A stretch of 64,000 nucleotides of DNA from Macrostomum lignano. Taxonomy: Eukaryota. Positions 1 to 9,935 of the stretch are shown here, one piece after another. The position numbers and the translations under genes are program-made. Under the pieces are notes generated by a model. That model saw only the letters and a list, made by a program, of their open reading frames with translations, made no database searches and was not told the origin of the DNA. Position 1 is the stretch's first letter; each line of letters begins with the position of its first letter. The stretch spans positions 1-64,000 of the forward strand of contig NIVC01001086.1 of the NCBI GenBank assembly GCA_002269645.1. The letters run 5' to 3'.

Positions 1-486
1 TGTGTCTCACCGCTCCCCTTGTGTCTCACCGCTCCCCTTGTCTCATTGTTCCCCTTGTGTCTCACCGCTTCATTTGTCTCACCGCTCCCCTTGTGTCTCA
101 TTGTTCTCCTTGTGTCTCATTGCTCCCCTTGTGTCTCACCGCTCCCCTTATGTCTCATTGTTCCCCTTGTGTCTCACCGCTTCATTTGTCTCACCGCTCC
201 CCTTGTGTCTCATGTTCCCCTTGTGTCTCATTGTTCCCCATTGTGTCTCATTGTTCCCCTTGTGTCTCATTGTTCCCCTTGTGTCTCATTGTTCCCCTTG
301 TGTCTCACCGCTCCCCTTGTGTCTCATTGTTCCCCTTGTGTCTCATTGTTCCCCTTGTGTCTCATTGTTCCCTTGTGCCTCATTGCTCCCCTTGTGTCTC
401 ATTGCTCCCCTTGTGCCTCATTGCTCCCCTTGTGTCTCATTGCTCCCCTTGTGTCTCATTGCTCCCCTTGTGTCTCACCGCTCCCC
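1..486. repeat. 19-bp minisatellite (TGTGTCTCATTGTTCCCCT and variants) in a GTF3C3 intron
   Basis: Unit recurs with a 19-nt period (e.g. 242, 261, 280). It generates the spurious ORFs 2..565, 19..678 and 21..497. Confidence 0.95.
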
Positions 487-674
487 GTGTTTTATAGCTC
501 TCCTGCGTGTCTCATCAGCCTGTGTCTTCTTTGCGGCGCTCCTATCTCTCTTATGTGTCTCTTAGACAAGAGACATCCCACCTTTGTCTCAAAGCTCTGC
601 CTCACACTTGTAACCCATTCTCTGATAAAACAAGAAAACCCGCTCTCAAAGATTGCCCCTCCCTCAAAACTGAC

Positions 675-1607
675 CTAGTGAGGGTACTGAGCGGCCTCTT
701 TGAAACTTGCCGGCCGACCTGCTCAGCTCGGCCAGTCGGCACCACTTGGACGGATCGGAGCGGTGCAGGTGGGCGGCCAGCAGCAGGAACTGGGCGGACT
801 TCTCCTCCTGGCCGAGCTTCTCGTAGGCCTCGTGCAGCGTCTCGTAGACTTCGTGACTGCGCGGCTGGATTTTCATCACCTCTTCGCAGATGCGAATGGC
901 GCCAGCCGAGTCGCCTTTGGCCAGCTGCAGCGACGCCTGGCCGACCAGACCGCGGAGCGACTTCGTCTAAGAAGCTCACGAATACGCCGCCGCCGCCACC
1001 GCCGCCGCCACCGTTGCCGCCTTCAGTAGCAGCCGCACTATCAGCAGATGCCGCGCCAGCCACCGCCCGTCGCTGCCTCTTCGTTGGCGTCTCCGACTTG
1101 GTCGCCAAAAGCCTGCCGAGGCCTTCGCTGCTGCTTCTGCTGCCGCCGTTTCGACCCTGGAGGCGGCGAGTCAGCCGACATGAGCTCGCGGACCAGGTCC
1201 TCGCCCGTCGTCATCATCGTCCCGATTGATTTCGTTGCCAATGTCGGCCTCGTTTGCCGACGCTGACATAGCGGCGTCGGACAGTGTCGGCCAGCTGGTC
1301 GAAGTTGATGCGGCCGCTCACGTAGCTGTCGTACAGGTCGGGATCGTCCTGCACAGCCGACATCAGGCCTTCGGAGTCTTCGGACAGGCTGGACAGCGAG
1401 TCCGTCTCTCCGGCCGGCTGGACGGACTCCAGCTCGGCCAGGAAGCTCTGCTGCTGTTGTTGTTGCTTTTGCAGTTGCTGCTGCTGCTGCATCTCCAGCT
1501 GGGCTGAGACCGGCAGCTTGTAGGGCGGGCACAGGTACGGCCCGTGCTCGATCACCGTTGGAGACGAAACCCTCGCCTTCTCCTCCGCCGCTCCCGCTGT
1601 CAGCCAT
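675..1607 (-). CDS. GTF3C3: TFIIIC subunit 3 (TPR protein), first coding exon; frame-disrupted as assembled; gene continues left of the window
   Basis: Pieced translation gives DPDLYDSYVSGRINFDQL (cf. GTF3C3 N-terminal DYLEGKISFEEF), then TKSLRGLVGQASLQLAKGDSAGAIRICEEVMKIQPRSHEVYETL...KSAQFLLLAAHLHRSDPSKWCRLAELS, matching the first TPRs of GTF3C3. ATG at 1607, donor AG|GTCAGT at 675/674. About seven +1 frame switches are needed. Confidence 0.8.
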
Positions 1608-2559
1608 GCGCCAGTCAAACAGTAGCAAGTAGTATGATGCGATTCCGACAATATTTTTTTCGCATAAAGAAAAAACACAAGCATCATAGTGCAGCCAATG
1701 AGTGAACGCAGTATTGATTAACATTATTACAGAACTATCTATTAAAACCGGCATTGGATCGCAAACTGCTCTAAGTAGCATGTTGCAACGAAGGTTTCAA
1801 CTAAGCAGCAAAGTTTTCTAGGAGGACAGCCATCATAAAACCCTGATTAATTTTTACTGATTTTAAGGTAGGAAACTTCAAACTTGAGAATTGCTAATGA
1901 ATACTTTTTAGTCTAGGGTCGAAAAACCGTCTGTCAAAAGAAAAATATGGCGTCAGTTAAATCACAAGGAAAATGAATAAAACTATTCCTCATCATGGGC
2001 GACTTAGAGGGGAGGGCTTAAACTTAAGCAAGCAAGTCTTTGTTCTATCATTTGTTCCACATGGAGCTGGTGTGTGTGTGTGTATCTTAGCTGAATAAAC
2101 CAGTCAATAGAGCACGTTTATTTATTTATTGCGCCTTAAACAGACAGCAGTTGGAGAGCTAAGGGGAGGCTGCATTCTGAGAACACCGCTAGAGCACAAT
2201 GTTAAATAGAATGTTCAAAAAACAGTTTTCCAAAAAGTTCTTACAATTGAAACAGTGGGCGGGGACAGGCCTGGCTTGCTGCGAACTGGATTATCATAGG
2301 GAGAGATTTCATTACATTGCTAACAAATTTAATTTGCCCGCTAAGCTGGGCAATATCAACAATTTCCTTTAGTCCTTCCAGAAGAGACGGTACAGTTAAA
2401 GAGAGCTGTTATAAAATAAGAAATTGCTGGAGTGAAACGGAGACCGAGAGAAGCTTCCCTTAGTGACGTACAAAAGCACACTTGGTTATTGAGTAGAAAA
2501 AACCATCAAGCAATAAAGCGAAGTTCCAGTGTCTAATTTAGTAGCAGGTGTCAGGCCGC

Positions 2560-2866
2560 TCAGTGACCGCCGTGGCTGGGCGGGGCCTCCGGCGTCAGCT
2601 TGATCTGATCGTCAATGCGCAGGATGGTGATGGCAGCCTCCGTGGCGAACTTCAGGCTTTTGATCTTGCTGACGGCCGGCTCCAGCACGCCCGCCTCTTT
2701 GTTGTCGCGAACCTTGCCTTCCTGCAGGTCCAGGCCGAACCTGCCCGGAGTTTGAGTGAGGTCAAGGGTGAGTTCATGGGTGTGTTTATGGGTGAGTATG
2801 GGTGAGTTCATGGGTGAGTTCATGGGTGAGTTCATGAAGTTTATGGGTGAGTTTATGGGTGATTAC

Positions 2867-2925
<59 letters not shown>

Positions 2926-2926
2926 T

Positions 2927-3015
<89 letters not shown>

Positions 3016-3053
3016 CACAGACAGACAGACAGAAATCAAAAGACACCAATGCC

Positions 3054-3096
<43 letters not shown>

Positions 3097-3114
3097 TCAA
3101 AAGACACCAATGCC

Positions 3115-3187
<73 letters not shown>

Positions 3188-5110
3188 CACAGACAGACAG
3201 ACAGAAATCAAAAGACACCAATGCCAGACAGACAGGAATGCCGCAGCTCACCACTTGTAGGCGGCGCAGTCCTTCTTGACCTGGCTGGCATTGTGCCGAG
3301 CCCTCAGCTGGGCCAGCAGCTCCGTGGAGTCCTGGGCGGCATTCACGGCCAGCTGCTTGGGGACGCAAAGCAGAGCCCTGGCGAATTCGGCGATGGCCAT
3401 CTGCTCGCGCGAGGCCAGCGAAGTGGCGTAGTTCTCCAGGTAGATGTTCAGGGCGACCTCCACGGCGCCGCCGCCGGGCACGAGCTGGCGGCCCTCCAGC
3501 ACCCGCTTGACAACGCACAGGGCGTCGTGGACGCTGCGCTCCATCTCGTCGCAATAGAAATCGTTGGCGCCGCGCAGCACGATGCTGGCGGCGGAGCGGG
3601 ACTTCGGGCCGCGGATCACGATCAGCTCGTCGTCGGAGATTCGCTCCTGGGCGACGCACTCGGCCTGGCCCAGCAGGGAGGCGTCAAAGGACTCCTCACC
3701 CTCCAAGTTGGTCATGGAGACCACGAACTGGCCGCCGGTGGCCTTGGCGATGCGCTTCAAGTCGATCTTCTTGCACCGGCGAACGGCCATGGCGCCGGCT
3801 TCGACGAAGTACTTCATGCACAGATCGTCGATTGACCCGGTGGTCAGGATGACGTTGGCGCCCGACGCCATGATCTTCTGCACGCGCTCCTTGGTGAGGT
3901 CGGACTCGCGGGCCCGCATCAGCTCCAGCTGCTCGGGCGTCTCAATGACCAGCTGGATGCCCAGCTTCATCTTGGACTTTTGCAGGCTAAAATCTAGGCA
4001 AGCGATTTTAGCATTGGTGATCCTCTTGGGCATCTGGACGGAGCCCACAGTGCAGTTCAGGGCGTAGCCGTTGATCAGCACGCTGTCCCGGGTGGAACCG
4101 CCGTGGGCCTGAAAGAATGATTGGGTGTAAGTACATCCATGACTAGCTCTGGAGGGTGTACGAGTATTGGGGGCTTGAGTTGGCCAGGTTGGGTGATTGG
4201 GTGTACATTAGTGAGTGGGGTTGTGGGATTGGGTGTATATTAGGGAGTTGGGTTGCGGGACTGTGTGTATATTAGGGAGTGAGGTTGTGGAACTGGGTGT
4301 ATATTAGGGAGTGGGGTTGCGGGACTGGGTGTATATTAGGGAGTGGGGTTGCGGGATTAGGTGTACATTAGGGAGTGGGGTTGCGGGACTGGGTGTATAT
4401 TAGGGAATGGGGTTGCGGGATTAGGTGTACATTAGGGAGTGGGGTTGTCTAACTGAATGCGCATTTCAATTCGGTCTGGCAATGCGGTACCATACCTTGA
4501 GCACGTTGACAGCCTTGATAGGGTAGCGGTGGCCGCCCTTGCCATCGGCGACCCGCACTGCCATCGCGGCGTCGACGGCCATGGCAGCGAACAGCTCGGC
4601 GTCGCAGCCAATGATCTTGGAGCTCATGGACGTCTTGGCGGCGTTCACAATGTTATCCCTGGCCAAGTCGTCAACGCTGATCACTAGGCGCTCGTTGATA
4701 AACTTGACGGCCTCGCGGCAGGCCAGCCGGTATCCAGAGATGATGGTGGTCGGGTGGATCTTCAGCGACATCAGCTCCTCTGCGTTCTTCAGCAGCTCGG
4801 CGGCCACCAGCACCACGCTGGTCGTGCCGTCGCCAACTTCTTCGTCCTGCAGCTGGGCCAGTTCAACCAGAATCTTGGCGGCCGGGTGCTCGACCTCCAG
4901 CAGCTTGAGAATGGTGGCGCCGTCGTTGGTGATGGTGACATCGCCGACATCGTCGACCAGCATCTTGTCCAGGCCGACTGGGCCCAGACTGGTCTTCACG
5001 ATGTTCGCTATGGAGGCGGCGGCCACCACATTCTGGTGGCGGACGGACTCGCCAGTCAGGCGCTCGCCAGACACCATAAGAAGGTTGGAGGTGTTTGCAT
5101 TGCCGGCCAT
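2560..5110 (-). CDS. TCP1: T-complex protein 1 subunit alpha (CCT1); exons 5110-4496, 4108-3252, 2740-2560; 550 aa
   Basis: Motifs [45 protein letters not shown] and [19 protein letters not shown] junctions are in phase and give 1653 nt. Confidence 0.97.
2770..3235. repeat. Compound repeat in the last TCP1 intron: 12-bp ATGGGTGAGTTC units, then (ACAG)n with three AAATCAAAAGACACCAATGCC interruptions
   Basis: Read directly from sequence. Confidence 0.9.
4190..4448. repeat. 32-bp G-rich minisatellite in a TCP1 intron
   Basis: GGGTGTATATTAGGGAGTGGGGTTGCGGGACT, period 32 (4292 to 4324). Confidence 0.9.
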
Positions 5111-5204
5111 TGCTGAAACATGCAGAGAGTAAGTGGCTGCTTTTGGGGATGAACCTTGGGATTGGTTTAATAACCTACTTACCACTTGTGATATAATTAT
5201 TAGG

Positions 5205-5520
5205 GCTGGGACTGCTGGGGTGTTGGATTGAGTGTACATTGGGGGGTGTGGCTGCTGGGGTGTTGGCTTGAGTGTACATAGGGGGTTGTGGCTGCTGGGG
5301 TGTTGGCTTGAGTGTACATAGGGGGTTGTGGCTGCTGGGGTGTTGGCTTGAGTGTACATAGGGGGTTGTGGCTGCTGGGGTGTTGGATTGAGTGTACATT
5401 GGGGGTTGTGGCTGCTGGGGTGTTGGATTGAGTGTACATTGGGGCTGGGGCGTTGGATTGAGTGTACATTGGGGTGTGGCTGCTGGGGTGTTGGATTGAG
5501 TGCACAATGGGTGTACATTA
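5205..5520. repeat. 40-bp G-rich minisatellite just upstream of the TCP1 start (5' UTR intron or outron)
   Basis: TGTTGGATTGAGTGTACATTGGGGGTTGTGGCTGCTGGGG, period 40 (5221 to 5261). Confidence 0.9.
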
Positions 5521-5840
5521 TGGTTTGGTTCTGTTCGGGCTAGATGTAGTGCACATCTGATGTAGGGCAGTGAAACTATTGAGGGAACTTATTCAACAGT
5601 CTTACTTTAAAAAATCTTGAGTCGAAAAAACTTGCACATGATCTCAACGTGAATTGCGCGGGTAGCAACAAACGCCTTGCTACAATGTGAATGCGGTTTC
5701 AATTTTTATCAAAGACTCGGGAGTTTCCCGTCCGTACGACAAAATTCAAATCTGCGCTCGCGATAAAAATTAACTGACGCAAAGTTAAGCTATTCACAAA
5801 TGCTGGGGAATTTTAGAATACGATATGAGGAACAGTCGGA

Positions 5841-8800
5841 TCAGCGCTTCCGCCGCTTATTGCCCTTGCCCTGCTGCTGTTGCTGCTTATTCGGTCGTTT
5901 GGCAAAAATCTTCTTCCGGCCAGCGGCGCCGTCGCCACTGTCAAAGTCGGCCGCCTCATCCGCCTCGGCGGCGTCCTCGCCGTCGTCTCCGTCGTCGTCG
6001 GCGCCGCCGCGGCGCTTCTTCGCCTGGCGGCCCTTCATCAAATCCTGCAGCTCCATCTTGGCGATGCGCTGCGCTTCGCTAACCTGTATGAAGGAATGGA
6101 TTAAAAAGATCAATGAAGGTCAACTAAGCCAACCCATGAAAACGGTACCCAGGCCAAGAAGCGTGTCAGAGTCACGTGTGTCGCCCGAGGGTTGTCACGG
6201 TACAAGTCGCCAAAAAGTCATATTGAGGTGTTTTATTGTCTGTGACTCTGAAACAACTCTGGGGACGTAAAGTCGTAACTGAGTAGCTTCTAAAGCGAAT
6301 CTGGGTCACCTTATGAATCAAATTTCGCATTTCAAACAACTCTATTCAGTCTACCTGAATTAGTAGAAAGTTTAAGCGCTACGTTTGAGTCCTTAAAAAA
6401 TCGCAGGTGGCCCCAGAGACGCCAGAGTCACCAGTGAGTTGTTTGCAAGGACTTTTTAGCAATTCTTGTCCCGGTATCGATTTAGTGGGGTACCTGCCTG
6501 ACGATTAGAAAGTCAAAGGGCCATTGTACACCCTGTGTGACCGTGTGTGAGTGCTGTGCCTGTGTACAGTCTTGGTGCGCTTGTGTGTGGTCAGGTGAGC
6601 GGAATGGGCAAAATTGCCTCAGCGCTCACACATGCACCATGATGGTGTACAGCTGCCCCGAGTGTACTGTCTGCACGTGAAGACGCTGTCCCTTATGGGC
6701 GACAAAAATAAGCGTCACGCACGGAATCGAACTCAGTGAATTCTGACGCCTACCTGATCGCCCAGCCGAACCACCTCGTCCCGGTTGACCTCGTAGAGCG
6801 GCAGCTTCTTGCCGATGGCCCGTTCCACCTCCATGTAGAGCATGACGTCGTATTGCGTAACAAAAGTCACCGACTTTCCCGGCCGGCCGGCCCGAGCTGT
6901 CCGGCCAACCCGGTGGACGTAGTCTTTAACGTTGCTAGACAGATCAAAGTTCAACACGTTGTCAACGTGCGGAATGTCCAGGCCTCTGCTAGCGACGTCC
7001 GTGGCAACTAGGATGCCGCGGTCGCGAGCCCGGAATTTATTCAGGGCGGCGATGCGCTTGTTCTGCGCCATCTGACCGTGCAGCGGCACGGCTGAGAAGC
7101 CGAGAGCTCGAAGCAGCAGGGCCACCCGGCTGGCCTGCAGTCTGGTGTGGGTGAACACTATGGTGCTGCCGGACAGCTGGTGCAACAGGTAGGCCAGATA
7201 GTGGTCCTTGAGCTTGGCCGGGATGAACAGGTAATATTGGGACAGCTTGTCCACTGTGCTGTACTTGCCGCTGACCTCCACTTTGACTGGATCGCGAAGG
7301 CTGGCGCGTTGCAGTTTGGCCACCTTCTTGGTCATTGTGGCGCTAATAGGAAGGTGCGCCTGTCGCGGGGAAGCTCCTGGGACAAGCGGGCGAGATATGG
7401 GTCAGAGACTATTTTTTTAATTTGTTATTATGGATTTGTCAGGGGCGATTCGTATGGAGTTGTTAGGGACGATTATTACGGATTTGTCAGGGGCGATTCT
7501 TATGGATTTGTTAGGGCGATCCTTACGGATTTGTCAGGGGCGATTCTTATGAATATTTCAGGGGCGATTATTATGGATGTTTAAGTGGCGATTCTTATGG
7601 ATTTGTCAGAGGCGATTATTATGGATATGTCAGGGGCGATTCTTACGGATTTGTTAGGGACGATTATTATGGATTTGTTAGGGGCGATTCTTACGATTTG
7701 TCAGAGGCGATTATTATGGATATTTCAGGGGCGATTCTTATGAATATTTCAGGGGCAATTATTATGGATATGTCAGGGGCGATTATTATGGATTTGTCAG
7801 GGGCGATTCTTATGGGTGTCAGGGGCGATTATTATGGATATGTCAGGGGCGATTATTATGGATATGTCAGGGGCGATTCTTATGGATATGTCAGGAGCGA
7901 TTATTATGGATATGGTAGGAAGCGATGCTTATGGATTTCGGGGGCGATTGTTATGGACATTAGCAGAAAGCGTTGACAGATAATTAGAAAGGGTTTAAAG
8001 GTTTATAGTTTTAAAAAAGAGGAATGCAACGTACCTTTAAAATTTTAGTGAGCGAGTCCTCAAAGTCCATATTGAGAATCCGATCGGCCTCATCAAGCAC
8101 TAGGAAGCGGAGCCGGCGCAAATCGAAGCCTTTGGTATCGGCCAGGTGGTCGGCCAGGCGGCCGGGCGTGGCAATGATCACGTGATGCTGCCGCTTGGAC
8201 AGCACAATGGCCTGGTCGGTTTTGTGCAGGCCGCCGACTAAACAAATTGTGCGAACTCCGAGCGGCTTGCCGAGGGCCTGCGTAGCAACAGGGGTTTGGA
8301 TGAGGCAAATTCGCCACTTCAGTTTATCAGAATCGCCACTGACACATCCATAATAATCGCCCCTGACACCCATAAGAATCTCCACTGACACATCCATAAT
8401 AATCGCTATTAACACATCCATAATAATCGCTCCTAACACATCCATAATAATCGCCCTTTGATAGATCAATAATAATCGCCACTGAGACATCCATAATAAT
8501 CGCTCCTAACACATCCATAATAATCGCTCCTAACACATCCATAATAATCGCCCTTTGATAGATCAATAATAATCGCCACTGATACATCCATAATAATCGC
8601 CACTGACACATCCATAAGAATCGCCACTGACACATCCATAATAATCGCCACTGACACATCCATAATAATCGCCACTGACACATCCATAAGAATCGCCACT
8701 GACACATCCATAATAATCGCCACTGACACATCCATAATAATCGCCCCTGAAACATCCATAATAATCGACCCTGACATAACCAAAATAATCGCCAGACACA

Positions 8801-9935
8801 TCCAAAAGAGTCTCCACTGACATATCCATAATAATCGCCCCTGACGCATCCAAATTAATCGCCACTGACAAATCCATAAGAACCGCCCCTGACAAATGCA
8901 TAAGAATCGTCTAAAGCAGACGAAAGAAATTGCAAAAAATGCTCTGAAGGTGAGCTGAAAGCCGCACCTGAAACTGCTCCTGAATCTGGATGGCCAGCTC
9001 TCTTGTTGGCGTGAGCACCAGTGCAAAGTTCGGGTGCGCCTCGCCATCCAGCAGAGCCTGAATGATGGGCAGCGCGAATGCGGCCGTCTTGCCCGAGCCG
9101 GTTTCGGCCAAACCGATCACATCCCGGCCGGACAGGGCCAGCGGGATGGCCTCGACCTGGATGGCTGTTGGCGCACGCCATTGCAGGCTGGCGATCACAT
9201 CGCACAGGGCTTCGTTGACGCCCTGGAAATATATAGGATTTTATGGATTGGTATTGTGAGCTTTTTGTACCTAACAGCTATTTAATCTACAAATAACAAG
9301 GCCAATCGGTCTAACATTTTGGCCATGATCCCAGATCCCAGATCTTAGAATAGATCCCAGATCTCAGATCCCATATCCCAGATCCCAGATCCTAGATCCC
9401 AGATCCCAGATCCTAGATCCCAGATCATAGATCCCAGATCATAGATCCCTGATCCTAGATCCCTGATCCTAGATCCCTGATCCTAGATCCCTGATCCTAG
9501 ATCCCTGATCCTAGATCCTAGATCCCAGATCCTAGATCCCAGATCCCAGATCCCAGATCCTAGATCCCAGATCCCAGATCCCAGATCCCAGATCCTAGAT
9601 CCCAGATCCTAGATCCCAGATCCTAGATCCCAGATCCTAGATCCCAGATCCCAGATCCTAGATCCCAGATCCTAGATCCCAGATCCCAGACCCAGATCCT
9701 AGATCTTAGACCCAAGATCTTAGATAATCAATCCTAGATCCCAGATTCTACATCCTAGATCCTAGTTTCTAGATTTTCTGACAATCTTGTCACTTGAACA
9801 AGAATAGAGTTTTATTGCATTTAAAGTGCAGGCATATGTAATGGGGCATACTTGAACAACTCTTACCAAATCTGCAAATGTTGTCACCTTCTCCACCTGC
9901 ATTTCATCTTGCTGTTTGACATCTTCTGTTGCCAT
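5841..9935 (-). CDS. DDX47: DEAD-box helicase DDX47/Rrp3; exons 9935-9867, 9222-8968, 8277-8035, 7376-6754, 6083-5841; about 477 aa; one 1-nt deletion near 7345
   Basis: [47 protein letters not shown], (F)[27 protein letters not shown] and a basic C-terminus. [10 protein letters not shown]-(F)SATM needs one extra T (CTA TT[T] AGC). Confidence 0.93.
7430..7965. repeat. 24-bp minisatellite TCAGGGGCGATTATTATGGATATG in DDX47 intron 3
   Basis: Tandem 24-nt units; reverse complement of the array at 8320-8910. Confidence 0.92.
8320..8910. repeat. 24-bp minisatellite CATCCATAATAATCGCCACTGACA in DDX47 intron 2
   Basis: Tandem 24-nt units, inverted relative to 7430-7965. Confidence 0.92.
9327..9760. 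repeat. 7-bp AGATCC(C/T) tandem array in DDX47 intron 1
   Basis: Read directly from sequence. Confidence 0.92.

Noticed and set aside
968-980. 13-nt GTGAGCTTCTTAG micro-intron in GTF3C3
   Set aside because: Too short for known spliceosomal introns, and the surrounding exon has six other +1 shifts without GT-AG ends.
675-1607. Functional link between the TFIIIC subunit gene and the tRNA-inserted retrotransposon in the same window
   Set aside because: They are 36 kb apart with unrelated genes between, and there is no evidence beyond coincidence.
3036-5132. Overlapping antisense or alternative-frame ORFs over TCP1 (and similar ones over DDX47, the CCDC178-like gene and pol)
   Set aside because: These are expected shadows of GC3-rich coding sequence, with no recognisable domains.
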